The notes: generated from the sequence alone by a model not told the origin. A stretch of 63,770 nucleotides of DNA, filler included, from Hausera hauseri (GCA_046269625.1; 12 parts of 12 records of this genome joined end to end with filler, not necessarily neighbours in it), one strand, 5' to 3'. Shown: positions 12,622 to 26,419, counted from the first letter of the whole stretch. A program made the numbers and translations.

Positions 12622-13989
12622 ATTCATTTAACGTCTCTAGATAGGACTAGAATTTGTAATTTGAAGCATTCACTGCACGCAGTACCCGCAAGCTAAAATC
12701 AAGTGCAAACTTCTAACGAGAACGTTAGAACTTATCTGCTTAAATTGAACTTGTTAAATTGATCTTATTGTTATAGTTGGGTGTTGGATAGGGCCCACCT
12801 TCAACTACTAACACTGGTATAAATAACCATATAATTGTTTTTATTATATTCTATGATACTTTTCTTGGGGTCATCCAATACAATTACTAACGTCCACTCT
12901 ACAATTGTCTGTTTGTCCAAATGTGGTATTCCTGTCATTTTGATTTGTTTCTTTAACTGTAAACAAACTTGAGTGTCTACTGAGCTATTTAGTCGTTTGA
13001 TTCCACTTTTGGATTGAAATATGGGGACTAGGTATTTGCCGATTTGCGTGTATTCTCGGGCATAGCCATCATTGCTTATGATTCTCCTAGGGACAGTTGA
13101 GACATAAAATATGGCTTCTTTAATATTGCCTTTGCAATAACATTCAGCCATGACAAGTATTTTTGTATATTCCTTAACTTGGCCAAATTCTATTACTACT
13201 ATGGGGACTAGTTCTTCCAACTTCTTTTTGAGAACATTCACTTAGTTCTCGGGAGTTTATAACGACAGATTTTCATTCACTTTTTGTGGGGTTCTTCGGC
13301 TTTTTGCAGATTCGGTTTAACCTAGAGGCTTATTGCTTCCTCTTGAACATTTAGTGCAAGACTGTTGCTAGATGGGTTGGTTTGATTGTTATTGGTTTTT
13401 TTCTTCCTGATTATATATTTAAAAGGAAAGTTTCGTCTTCGTAGGTTTGGCTTCCTCTGTTCCTTTCTGGTGCGAAACTTTATGTACGGTTTCAGACTGA
13501 TCACAATGCTTAGAGATTTGCGGTTTTGCGAAGGGATTTCGTCGTTCCACTTGATTTTAACAAGTCGATGGAATTTCTCGGACATTTCTGCATGATTTTA
13601 TCTGTCTCTGTTTGGACAACTCGACTGGATTAGTTTGTACGGTGATTTGAAAACTGTTGTGTCATTGTGGGTAAATTTGTCTATGTGCGGGGTACTCGCT
13701 GAATTCTTTTCGGAATTTCTGCATCAAAATTTTTGGGTTGCTGTCGGACATCACATTTTGCATGGGGTCTCTGGGCTTCCGTTCGTGTTCCCATAGTAGA
13801 GAAAAGTAAATATCTCTTACGAGTCCCGTTATCTGGCTTGCTGACATTAACCTGTGGAAATGGAAATATTCGCCATCCATGGCTTCTAACATCATCTTGA
13901 AATGGGATTCCCGTGACATTGGGGAAGCAAACACCCTCTCTTTTTCATTAGGATGCTTTCTGTTAGGCTCGCGACTGTCGAACTGCGGT

Positions 13990-14341
13990 TCAAGTGGAAG
14001 ATTCAGGCTATATATTCTTGTCGGATTCCTAGCCTTTCTAGCATCTTATGCACTCGAAATCCTGTTGCAATGTATCTATACAAACAATGGCTTACGTCCT
14101 CTTGTACTTCTAGGAAATCTTTACCCTTTTAGAATTGCAACTTTGTAATTTCTGTAACATCAGAAAAGGTATCCTTCACTTTAGTTCTGGGCCCTATTAT
14201 CTTGTTTATTAGCTCCTCTCCGTTTACACTTCTCATGGAGACTTCTATTGGTGAATACCACCCATCTTCTTTCTCTCCGTAGTTTACTGCTCTAACCCTG
14301 GTATTCCTGCCGTCTAAGACTAGTCTAAACACTCTGTCCAT
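13990..14341 (-). pseudogene. DEDD/REX-type exonuclease-like domain (second copy)
   Basis: SPIEVSMRSVNGEELINKIIGPRTKVKDTFSDVTEITKLQF*KGKDFLEVQEDVSHCLYRYIATGFRVHKMLERLGIRQEYIA* aligns with the 61605 ORF (GNDIFEVSKELIQWLLGTIVVGIDTHRMLQLFDIHTNYLAG). Confidence 0.65.
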
Positions 14342-16190
14342 TCTGCTCTATTTCATCTCCCGAGGGTTTTTGTAGATATAATATTGGTGGTAAGGGTTTC
14401 ATTATCTGTATATGTAAAGTCAATTCAAACATAATTTAGGTTGGAATTTCAGCAATTCTAAACTCTAAAGCATAATCCATGAGGCTGGAGCAGCATAGCA
14501 CATAAGTACTAAATTTCCATTGTTGACCCATTTAAATAATCTAGGGCTGTCCTACAATTCTGTAATGGATTTCACCATCAGCAGCACGTATGTACATTTG
14601 CTGATGTGTCGGTTCGTATAGAATTATGTCTCTCAAAAGGTATTATCGTGCATCCCTTGAGTTTCTCATTGCGTATAAACTAACTAATCGGCTTTCTTCT
14701 AAGCCCCATTTTAATCCATAGGGTATTCTACTTTCTTGGTCAATTTCTACATGGGTTTTATTTGTCAGATTTTCTCCAATTCGACAATATAGACTTTTTG
14801 ATGGGAGATTTAAGACTGTCACGTGCTGTTGTAAGAAATCATCTATCTCGTTTCTAGGACTGTGTGCTGAGATTTTCGCTTTTTCGGCATACATATACTT
14901 CTAAAGTAAAAATAAGGGTCAATCATAAAACAGGTCATCGTTTCGAAACAAAACATTTTCTCTGTCTGATGATAGGATAACCCGATCTCTAGTTATCAGA
15001 TTATGCTCTCATAAAGTTCGACTTGGTAACCTTTCAGCCGTTTATTTGCTCGCTGATTTTTGTAGCGCTTATTACAATTTTTGGAAACTAGAAAAATCTT
15101 CGCAGTTATAATGACAAAGTTATTATCGGTAAGTTATTCGGCTGGATAGAAATGTTTGTGGTAATTCAATTTTCTTTATATTGCATTGCTCGAATTTCGT
15201 TGTTAAGAGTTCGTACTGTGAAAGTTTTATGTTTTCTATCTTCTGCAGTAATTTGGATTATGTAGCTCTCTTGTGGTCATAGTAATTTGCATTCCGTTTC
15301 CTGACTATTCCTCCTTAAAATTATAATTTGGTTAGTATGCAAAGTACGGCACTCAGTTTTAATTTTGTAGTCCAATGTCTCCTCAACGTAAAATAAAATT
15401 TTATTACTACGTACCAAAAATGTAACAGGTTTATTTTCTAGTTCTCTTTGGGGCATTAAAATATGGCGCTTAAAATAATAGATGGTTTTCTCGTAGTTAT
15501 TGGAAGAGAAATTTTCCATAATCGAGCTTCTGCATAATACTTTCTTAGATAAGTACTTGGCTTGTTTGGGTAAGTGTTATACAGATCAAATTGTAATTTG
15601 TATCCGTGACCTAATAGTATCTCACAACACGGATTTGGCTGAATCTTTGCCATATAACAATACTTCACAAGGGGGCTGAGTTGTTTACAGGTACTAATTG
15701 AGTGGAATATTCTCTGACGTCTGGTAGTCCTACTTTGATTTTCATCTGGATGCATTGGTTTTTCTCGTCTTCTGATATACTAATTATGTTTTCATCTAAT
15801 ATCTTTTTCATCGCATCTATTGACTGAACAATATCTCTGAAATCGTTTATATTTATTTGCTCTTTAGTGGGTATCACTAGTTTTAATTGTGGCCTTATTG
15901 CCGCTTGTGTGCATCCATCGTTCTTGTAGAACATTCGTATTGTGAATGTGTAAGAGTTCCCATAGTTTATAGCACAACATTCTTCTTGAAGTCCATAGGG
16001 AAAATCACAATGGGTCATTACCTTCTTGTTCGCGTTCCACAGACCTACTTGGTATTTTACTGCTACTCTGACGGGTTTTCCTGTACAGAATTTTATACAG
16101 TTCCTCATAGGATCTATACTCCGAGCCTTGAAGTGGTCTAGAATACTTATGTTATTTCTCTTTATGCTTATTAATTCCTTTTCCATCCAT

Positions 16191-16655
16191 TTATTTTGTA
16201 CTCGAATCACATCCATTATTCCTATTTGGGCTTTTACATTTCGGACATGCGAAGCGATTAAGGATAGTGCTAAGATTATCTTTACTTATAATATCGGTCT
16301 GGTTACTATTGATGAATTTTTGATTTCTTCTTTGCTTCGACTCGGATTTTTTTGTTCTTATTGGCCTCCTTTCTGTTTTAACAATTCTTTGTATTGATAC
16401 GACTTCTTTGCCATTTTTGTCAATATAAACTGTAGTCGACGTGGTTCTGATAACTTCATAAGTCCGTCTTCCAGTTCTAGTGAGCTTCAGAGATTTGTCT
16501 TTCTTGGCTACCGGGTAATGTACATAAACCCAATTTCCCTGTTCTCGATCATGTGGTTTAGCCTTCTTGTCGTATTGCTTTTTAAATTGCTCTTGATACC
16601 CTTGGGATAATTCTTTTGCTACTTCCCAACACTTTTGTTGTTTTGCCCGTAACAC
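16191..16655 (-). pseudogene. Ty3/Gypsy integrase C-terminal (GPY/F-type) region
   Basis: Q..FKKQYDKKAKPH....GNWVYVHYP......KL.....YEVI....TTV.I.......VSIQRI. Confidence 0.8.
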
Positions 16656-16760
16656 AGATCNNNNNNNNNNNNNNNNNNNNNNNNNNNNNNNNNNNNNNNN
16701 NNNNTTAATTAATTAANNNNNNNNNNNNNNNNNNNNNNNNNNNNNNNNNNNNNNNNNNNN

Positions 16761-19354
16761 ACCCTTATATCGATGATATTCTAGTCCTTTCATCTTCGGC
16801 CAAAGAACACAAGGAACACCTTCGCGCAATATTCCAACGTCTTAACCACCATAATCTCCAAATCAATTTTGACAAATGTCATTTCTTCAAAAAGCGCATT
16901 AACTTTTAGGCCACGTTATTACACCAGACGGTCATTTTCCCCAATCAGATTGAATCGAAGCTCTAAAAAACATCCAGTTGTTACGTATAACCACCGAAAT
17001 GTGTAGCTCCCTTGGTACACTACACATTGTACATAAATACGTACCATATTTCTCCGAATTGACAGCACCATTCGCACACTTAAACGGTGGCAAAAAACAT
17101 CAGCTAATCCAGTGGACACCTGAATTGGTCAACAAATTCAATAAGCTACGCGAAGGAATCAAAACCGTCGATATTCTAGCTTTCCCCAAGCCTGATGCAG
17201 AACTTATCCTTACTACAGATGCGTCAACCATTGTTATAGGCACTGTACTCCACCAGATCTACAAGAGAAAAAACCAACCACTAGAATTTTTCTCTCGCAA
17301 GCTAACAGCACCTGAAACGAGATATTTCACGTTCGATCGAGAAGTATTGGCCATCGTTCTTGCTTTAAAGCATTTCTCCCACTTACTTGATGCTCGTCAT
17401 TTCACTCTACAAACCGCTCAATAGCTCTTACTTAACATCATGGCTATGAAACACCCTTTTACACGCCAAGAACGACAAATATCATACTTATCGACATTTA
17501 ACTTCGATATTAAACATATTAACGGGGTCAGCAATTTAGTTGCTGATTTTTTATCTAGGTCGGTTAGTTCGATTAACTTTTCACCAATCTTTACGCAAGA
17601 TCAACTTCAACAGAAGCAGCAATCTCCGGACATGCTTAATTCTTTCAAATCTTGCACAATCGTTGACGGCGTGGCTTTCCGTGGCCATTCCGTAATAATT
17701 CTAGCACCATCATTGCAAAGGCAAGCATTTCACAGCGTGCATTCACTACAACATCTTGGTGCTAAAGCCACTTTTCGTTTACTTCATCGACAAGTAATAT
17801 GGCCATCAATGCGTTCTGATGTGCAGGCATGGGTTAAAGAGTGTGTGGCTTGCCAAAAATACAAAACAGCTAAGCATTTAAAGCCACCACTGTTCCAATT
17901 TCCCTGCACATCGTGTTTCGAGTCCGTGCATGTCGACATAGTTGGCTCTCTTCCTCCAGACAACGGACATCAATTCATCCTCATCATGATGGACCGTTCC
18001 TCGCGATGGCCAGAAGCCATTACTCTGCGGAGCACAAACACCGACACCATAGCTGACGTTTTCATTCGCACATGGATTAGCAGGTTTGGATATCCTCGCT
18101 TCATCATCCCGGACCAGTGTACACAGTTTGAATCCAACCTGTTGAAATCCCTTGTTAACCGATTGGGGACCCACTACATACATACTACGCCTTATCGCCC
18201 CTAATCAAACGGACTTCTAGAACGTTTCAACCGAACATTAAAAACGTTACTACGAATCCTCGCAGAGTCCAACACTAGTTGGACTAATCTTCTTCCGTTC
18301 GTCCTCCTCGGCTGGCGGAACACTCCGTCCACTTCTACAAGATTCTCACCTACTGAAGCCTTATTCGGAGCTCCTGTCCGATCATTATTCGAACTAACCG
18401 CCCTAGGCGACACTCCCACGAATGAGACGATACGGGCGGCGCAAAATCACTTCGTCAGGGTCAGCAAAGATTTGTTCTGAAGACTACTTCACAAAGACAA
18501 AACATACTTACCCGAAGATTTGTATTCGTCAAAATTCGTATCGCTAAAGAATCAAGCGCCTTGGGGTTTCCAGCCACGGTACCTGGGCCCTACAAACTGA
18601 TACAGCTACACTCACATAATGCCATTATCTCTAAAGACGGCAAAGACCTTACAGTACACATTACCAATTTAAAGTCCGCTTTCTTTGTCGACTACACCGT
18701 ACCAACCGACACTTCAACCTCTTTTCATACTTCTCCACTCCCTGTTATCTCTATATATATTGCTATATCATTTCCACCTTCCTCTTCTGTGTCTAGCCCT
18801 GCTCCACCATTTTCTACACTTTCTACTTCTATTTCTACCTCTCCCTCCGTATCGTCTTCCTCTCCCACTCTGTCACTCAACACAATTCCAATCGCTACTC
18901 CAACTTTTTTTCATTTCCTTTAACCGCCACTACACCTTTCACCACTCCTTCGTCTTCTAACACTCTTTTCAATGCTTTTAACCATCCGTCTTCAACATTC
19001 CCTCTTCCTTCTTCGTCTTCTTCTTCTCTCTATTCCGACTCATCTTCACACGACACAACACCTACACCAAAATCTACCAATTTTTCCCCCAACATAAATC
19101 TCTGCAATCAGACACATTGCATAAAGACACAACACGCAGAGTCACATTCAGCAAGTATAGCAGGGTAAAATCAGCCGAAGGTATTCAACGTCTTATTCAC
19201 ACTAAGCTCAACTGACACAAGCACTTTTCGTTTTGAGATTTTTTCTCTCTATCCACTTACCCTTCATAGTTTTAACTTTGCCACGAGGGATGATGTGGCG
19301 CACACAGCGGCCGGCGCTCTCTGGCAGGCCCCGATCTCCCTCCAAAATTGCATG
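16761..19354 (+). mobile_element. Ty3/Gypsy (CsRn1-like) 3' half: RT end, RNase H, integrase, pyrimidine-rich tail, PPT and start of 3' LTR
   Basis: YIDD at ~16766, TDAS, FDREVLA, HVDIVGSLP, LERFNRTLK, GPY; purine tract GAGGGATGA (19285-19293) then TGTGGCGCACACAGCGGCCGG (19294), cut at CATG 19351. Confidence 0.93.
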
Positions 19355-19393
19355 GAAAAATGTGAAAGGCAATCAGAGCTTACTCGACAATAA

Positions 19394-19972
19394 TTGCGTA
19401 TCGGCAAAAAATCGAATAAGAATATTGTTTGGATTAACAAAACCGAAAGCGGAAAGCCATGTATTCCATGGATCCATGCAACAAATCAAAGTTTATTTAA
19501 GGCAAGTGATTTTCCGGATGATGATGATTTAGATGCTGACAATAATTTCTGTCGAAATCCGAAGAATTTGATGGATATGCCATTTTGTTTCGTTGATTAT
19601 GAACTGACTAGAAAAGAAATCTGTTCCATACCTACTTGTGTCCCTATTAAATTCCTTGGAAATTGGATACAGACTTCCACGAATTATTTAAATGTAACTT
19701 CGTGGGCATTAAACGGAACTATGGATACTACACATAGAGTTAATCATTCCTGCTCTGCTACAAATGTTGAAGAATCGTCTCCTTGGAAAATAACATTTCC
19801 AACTGATATTTATATTGCATACTTTGAATTTAAACTATCCAAACAAAATGAGGTGGTGATATTTTTCAAATCCAATTTGGAGTCAACGTTTGATGATCGT
19901 CCTTACACGGTGTTGGACAATGGACTATACGTTACTAATTGTTACGATTTTCCTTTTTATTCGTACTTGTAA
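19394..19972 (+). CDS. Kringle-domain protein fragment (possibly pseudogenic)
   Basis: NKTESGKPCIPW....NNFCRNP....PFCF......EICSIPTC is a canonical kringle pattern. Confidence 0.8.
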   Translation: MRIGKKSNKNIVWINKTESGKPCIPWIHATNQSLFKASDFPDDDDLDADNNFCRNPKNLMDMPFCFVDYELTRKEICSIPTCVPIKFLGNWIQTSTNYLNVTSWALNGTMDTTHRVNHSCSATNVEESSPWKITFPTDIYIAYFEFKLSKQNEVVIFFKSNLESTFDDRPYTVLDNGLYVTNCYDFPFYSYL

Positions 19973-22324
19973 TATTTTGTCCAAATATATGTTTTAATCA
20001 TAAACGAAAATTGGGGAAGCGAGTGGATATCTATTTTGATATATTTAATATGGGCTGATTATTGAAACATTCGAATAAAGGAACGAAGATATTCGTTGAC
20101 GAATAAGGATTATGACTGGAATAATATTAAATCATACTCCGAAGGACCTCGAGGATCCGGTAAATCAGACGGTACTTATGAGGTCTACGAAAATCAGTTC
20201 TTAGTCAACTAATAAAATCTTGGGTGCATTGTATTAATGAAATCTGTTAAATTTGACAACTAGTTCATATAGAATAATATTTGAATTACGAATTTATTGA
20301 TTTTTTAACTGTTTGCATTCTATTTGACGATTGTTAAGATTCCTCAGTGTTACCGTACGTTAGTAAACTATATGACTATTCTATAGTAAGAGATCTGTAC
20401 GTGTATATATTAACTCCGGAAGTAATGATCTAAATGAGCAGCCTTGGAACAGAGATAAAACGTTGGTTTCTGAGGTGTCCGATCGGATTGGGAATGATTG
20501 GAGGATGCAATGGATTATGGAATGATTTACTTAGAATTGGTGGGTGATGAAGTGCCCAACAAAGTGCCATCACGGAAAGTGAGATTAATTGGGGAGCATT
20601 CTCTGTGAAATAAAGTATAGATAAATTTTGAAAATATGTAGCACTTTATTTTTAGAAATAATAAAAGAAACTGAATGTAACAGTAGTTGATTTAGTCATC
20701 ATTGAATAGTGTTCAATTTATTTAAAGTCTTAAAAATTTGAGTGTATTGTTTCATTAGTAACGATTGAAGTTACGATAGTTAACTTCTGAATTTTCCACA
20801 TGACCCGATATTAGAATTATATTGTGAGAATATTCTATAATAATGGGAATAATAATTCAGGGTAACATTTGGCTGGGGGTTGATTCATATGGAACTGCTA
20901 TTTGTTGGAGTACTGCAAAGATTAACAGTATGATAAAGTTATTTGAGATTTGCGTTGTAAAGAATACTAAATTAACTATTTCGTCTAGTTATATACACAA
21001 AAGGAACAGTTGGTAATACCTGAAAGATCAATTATCGTTGTATGTCTCAATATTATAAATATAGCCCTTCCAATTGGAATGAAATTGAACCAGTGAACGA
21101 TGGCGGTTAAGAGTACAGTAATATTTTTAAAGAAGGTAACTGACCCCCCTATTGTAATAAAGTATAATTTTGTTTTAAGAAAATAGGGTTCATTTATGGA
21201 AAGAATTGAATGTAAAAATTTAGTTCAATTTCGTGGTAAGTTAACTGAGAAATTTAACTACAAAAATATAGATATAAATAAGGTCTGGAGATTTTTGGTA
21301 TAGTTTATATAGCATAAAAATACTAGTGATAGATTACCTTGTGGATGGATGAGACGTAAGCATACGAATATACTACCCCTAACAAAATGTGTTCTTTTAA
21401 AACCAATTCTCGTAGTTGGTTTTGTTATTATTATTAGATAGATGTATATTTACTCTACGTATGTGAAGTGAATAATGTTATACATTGCCGATGGTGAGGT
21501 TGAGTTCATGGTCGACGTGTAAAGATTGAGTGATACATATTCCATTATCTAAAGGGATCATGTTCGTGATATACATGGTCAGAGTAACCATAGTATACGA
21601 ATGTATGATTGAGAAATGGAGCAATGAATAGTAGAAATAAAGTAAGAAAAATTTTGATAGTAAAAGTATAAGAGTAGAACATATAAACATATTAAAGAGC
21701 AACGAAAATATAATTAGAAGTTCAATAGCAATAGGCGCTGGGTATAGTCATGTACCAGACCGCCAAACGAACCCCAATTATTAATAATAAAAATGTTTGT
21801 GTATCTCAACTAAAAGGAATGAGGAGAAGACAATTAAGAGTTGGTTGGGGTACATTAACAGACGTAGTTAGTTTCTAAGTTTCTAGCTTTGTCATAACGG
21901 AACACACAAGTACATGTTGGATTCCTACGTGTGGGGGTTTTAGTTTATGTGGCGCAATCGCATCAAAGTTCAACGTCTCAATGCTTTTGATACCGTTTCA
22001 CAGGATATCGTCATTTTTAGTCGCCTATGTAGCGTGTGTATTGCAGTAGTTTGATGTCAATTCCACTAGCGCAATGATAGGCTTATTTCACATTTTGGAC
22101 ATTGCATGTATTGCTGTAGATGTGACTCTAGATATAAAATTTCTATTTACAACAGTCGTCTATTACTTATAATATTAAATATTTTTGGCGATAAATTAAA
22201 AGAAAAGTACCCATATAAGAAAATCTTATTTTTAAAACCAAACTTAAGTTATTGCAGTAATTGAATATATTGGTCATCAGAAATCTTGTGTTATTCTTTT
22301 CAACGATCACAAAGACTACTGGAA

Positions 22325-24690
22325 ATGTGGGCTAACCCGGTTAACCCGGCTAAGCAAGTAAGGACTGATGAAAGTGCGGAGAAAACAGAAGCGGAAAAAT
22401 CATCATTTGTCCTAACCGACTGCTCCCAAAATGAACAGCATCCTGGGGTGCCTGTTTCAGTTGATTTGCGGTATCCTCGTGGCGATACGGTTTTGGTTTG
22501 ATCTTTGACAAACTCAATAATCCCGGCGAGGGATCAAAAATGCAGCCTTGTAATCTTCTTCAACTGTATGCCAGCCATGTGGACATGAAGCTGGAAGAAT
22601 ACGGGCACATGCTAAGCACAGAGAAGAAAGACTCACTATTGCAGTCTAGATCTTACCAGTGTTGGTTCCGTCCACAGCATACAAGTAAATTTCCCTGGGT
22701 TGCGTACTCCCACAAGTATAAGAGACTATTCTGTCGTGCATGTGTCCTGCTTGATTCTTCCTTCAGCGGAGTGTTTGTCACCAAACCTCTGCCAATTCAA
22801 CAAGTTGACAGGTGATTCAAAGAGGCGCGAAGGTCTACAATATCATGATGTATCACCTGATCATCTTCTTGTCTTTATCACAATGATTCCAGCTACCCGC
22901 CTTGTAGCAAGAAATTCGGAACGTTCGGTAGCTGGACAAATGAATACCGAATTCTCAAGATTGCAGTAGAAAAGCAGTGGTCTTTTACGACCAGTCATTG
23001 ATGTCATTCGACATTGCATCGTTAATGCTCTTCCACTGCGCGGCCATAGAGACGACAATGAACCTACATTGTTCACTGAATGCGGAAAACGCAACTTCAA
23101 GGAAACATTGGCCATGGTCTCTCGTTACTACCCTGACTTGGCATCACATATCACAAATGGACCAAAAAAATGACAAATACGACTCGAAGACAACACAAAA
23201 CAAACTAATTAATATTTGCGCTGACCTTGTGATAAAAGAAATTGTTGTCGAAGTGAAGAAAGCGACGTATTTCAGTATAATCGCTGACGAAACAGCAGCT
23301 GTAAATCAGCAGGAACAGCTTGCTGTTGTGTCAAATACTTGAGATTATTGGATTTCAAGTTGAGGAGGACCTTACTGGTGAAGGGCTGGCTGTATAGATC
23401 ATTGATATGGTTGTAGACAGTCTTGACCTAGATCGCAACTATTTGGTAGGACAGAGATATGACAGCGCAGCAGCAATGACCGGCGACCATAATCGAATGC
23501 AGTTCGTTATTCGAAGAATGGAAGGTTGCGAACTTGCCATATACGTTCACTGCACAGCCCATACACTCAGTCTCGTGCTAGCCGATGGTACCAAGGATCC
23601 GCTAATCCGAAGCGCAATAGGTTCCATCAAGGCGACCGTTAATTTTTTCAAGGACTCTCCAAAACGATTTCTTTTGCTCAAGAGTGAAATAGCAAAGTTG
23701 GACACCAAGCGTCGGCGTCTTATGTCATTTTGCGAAACTCGTTGGGTAGAACGGCACGACTGCATCATGTGTTTTCGGGAGCTACTTGGCGCCATAATTG
23801 CATCCCTTACTACTATTTAAATGTGACCTGATAAAGGAAACGGCACAGTTGCCTCATAGCTTTTACATCAGCTAAGTAATGATGTATTCGTAATTTCAAT
23901 GGTCATTCTAGATAAAACGCTAGCCGTCACCAGTCTTTCAGAAACCTTCCAAATGAAAGACTATAACTTGGTACAGTGCATGGAACTCGTAAAGCACGCA
24001 AGTTCAGTGCTGCAGAGCTATCGATACGATCATGAAGTGTTTAATAGATGGTTTACAGAAGCTGAAGAGCTGCTGGGCAATGACATTCACAAACCACACG
24101 TTGTTGGACGTCAAATCATACGAGCCAATCCAAATGCACAAGATGCCCGTACTTTCGAATTTCTTCCTCTCATTCCTACATTGATATTGTCTTCAGTCAG
24201 TTGGACGAAAGATTTCTTGGTCACCAGAAGCAAGCTCCCTGCATCTCTTCCATTCTCCGATCCGCTGCTGCTCAGTTACATTTGAATATAGTCGTCCAGC
24301 CGTCACATTTTATGAAAAATATTTGGATCGCCCATTGAAAGTTGAGTTGGAGTTTGGCCTATGGCAATCTAAATGGTCCAACTACAGCAATACTAATCCT
24401 CCTCCGTCAAAAGTAATCGAGGCTTTCCCCTGCTGTAGCAACCAACCCGCATTGACAAATATTCGCACACTGCTGCTTATCTTCGTAGCTATACCTGTCA
24501 CCAGTGTTTCAAGTGAAAGAGTATTTAGTCAGTTGCGCGTCATAAAGACATATCCGTGCTAACATGACCGAAGACAATCTCAGTAGTCTCTTAATTGGAC
24601 GAATTCATCGAGACCGTGTGATGCGGATTAATTTAAAATCTATAATTGACGTATTCAGTGAAAAGAATCGGCGACTTGACTTTAGTTGCT
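22325..24690 (+). mobile_element. hAT-superfamily transposase remnant (ZMYM1/P52rIPK-like, DUF4371 + hATC)
   Basis: FPWVAYS...LFCRAC, FSIIADET, GQRYDSAAAM, YVHCTAHTLSL, CETRWVER, PVTSVSSERVFSQLRVIKT; multiple stops and frameshifts. Confidence 0.9.
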
Positions 24691-24946
24691 GAGGATGAGG
24701 ACATCTAAATGGCAATGAAATCACGTGATCGCTTAATGTTAATGTATTGTTTTGTGTGTGTGTATATCGTACTAACCCGTTTTTGAAATTCTAAAGAATA
24801 TTAATTCAGTGGTTCCTAAAGGCATCTTCTTTATCTTTGTTCTTTANNNNNNNNNNNNNNNNNNNNNNNNNNNNNNNNNNNNNNNNNNNNTTAATTAATT
24901 AANNNNNNNNNNNNNNNNNNNNNNNNNNNNNNNNNNNNNNNNNNNN

Positions 24947-25888
24947 TTGTTCACTATCGGCTCTTACAGTTGTACATCGAGTTAGGTGCTGTAGTTGAGA
25001 AGGTACATCGGGCCGTTGAGTTTGACCAGGGTTATGCCTTTAAGGATTATATCAATCTAAACCCTGCAAAGAGGGCTGCACCAAATAATCCTTTCAAAAA
25101 GACTTTTTGAAGCTTAAGAAGAATAGCTTACACGGCAAAACAATTGAAAATCTGCTGAATAGGTCAAACTTGAGGCTATGCAATAATGCTAAAATGCTAG
25201 TTACATATGCTAGTAAGGCCCAGTTTAAGGAGAGCATTATAATAGCCGATGACCTGGTTGTTGTTCTCCTCGACATATTCATAATCACATTAGATAGGCC
25301 CTTATACATCAGTCAGGCAGTACTTGATTTATCCAAGTTACAGATGTATGAGCTGAATTATATCGAGTTGGAGACATATAGACACCAGTTTCAGTGTGAA
25401 CGTAATATTGTTGCTGGTGACACAGACAATTTTGTCATCGAATGTCGTGGTGTGGACTTAAAATCACAATTGTTACCAGCAATGATAGCTAATGAACAGC
25501 TAGATACGTCAAACTATGACAAGAGTGATCCGCTATACTCGACTCGCTTCGCAGCTGCAATTGGGAAATTTAAAGACGAAAGCAAGGGCTGCGTTCAGTA
25601 TCAGGAGGCGATTTTCCTACGGCCAAAATCTTATGCCCTCAAAACCCAAACCAGACCAGTTCTCAAATGCAAGGGCGTAAATCTCAAGCAGACAGATTTG
25701 CAATTCGACAGCTAGTTACAGGCTTATGAATCCGGTTGTAGGACCATAGTGGACCAGGCGCGAATCGGGACTAAAATTACCAACTTATGTCGATCAGCAC
25801 AAAAAAGAAAGCATTGGATCCATTCGACGACAAACGACAGTGGATTGAGGAAAACAGATCAGTTGCTTACGGATATTATTGTACTTAA
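24947..25888 (+). pseudogene. Polinton/Maverick protein-primed DNA polymerase B, C-terminal part
   Basis: KLKKNSLHGKTIEN, P.YI.QAVLDLSKLQMY, AGDTD, IGKFKDE, LRPKSY, KCKGV, FDDKR...AYG. Confidence 0.9.
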
Positions 25889-26139
25889 TTGTAAATATTT
25901 CGATTTATTTGTATATGTTGTTTTAATGAAAGCTTTCATATGTATTATGTTGTTTTTGTTAGTTAGGCCTTTTAGTAAATACGTCCAATTTCCGTTATTT
26001 TCCACACTAGACACATCGTTATGTTTGAACATACTACTACATAACCACACATTAAGAAAACAATACACATAAAGGTAATCGATGGAAAGGAAACATGAAT
26101 GCACCTATAAGCACTTGATTCGTAAGGTTGAAATAGGGA

Positions 26140-26395
26140 AACCCAAGCTACACTAAGCCAAATCAAGCCAAACAAAGTTAAGCACTAGCTACACCAAGCT
26201 AAACCAAGCCAAACAAAGCTAAACACTAACCACATGAAGTAAAAACAAATCAAACCAAGCTAAACCATAGCCACACCAAGCCAAAGCCTACCCACACAAA
26301 GCCAAACCAAGGCATACAAAGCCAAATCCTAGCCATACCAAGCCAAACCAAGGCACATCAAGTCAAAGCAAGGCACACCAAGAAAAAGCATCAGC
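26140..26395 (+). repeat. Degenerate 5/10-bp tandem repeat (CCAAG/CCAAA-like)
   Basis: Visible reiteration of caagc/caaac/tacac units just downstream of pPolB. Confidence 0.75.
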
Positions 26396-26419
26396 AAACT
26401 AATATCCTAAACTGGGGGT

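Larger units (their letters stand above)
12801..16660 (-). mobile_element. Segment of giant Gypsy-type retroelement: integrase C-terminus followed by ~3.5 kb of degraded accessory coding sequence
   Basis: Integrase tail at 16300-16655, then continuous same-strand ORF pieces (15665-16216, 15277-15755, 14643-14894, 14129-14341, 13662-13934, 13322-13585, 12801-13241), partly collinear with 60639-62473. Confidence 0.7.

Noticed and set aside
14380-14700. Possible second aspartic protease in the accessory region (IRAADG)
   Set aside because: No D(T/S)G catalytic motif found
19294-19972. Kringle gene as retroelement cargo
   Set aside because: The LTR is cut at CATG 19351 immediately before the kringle sequence
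21250-21400. rRNA-like ACAAGGTAA motif on the minus strand
   Set aside because: Too short; surrounding conserved SSU rRNA sequence is not recognisable
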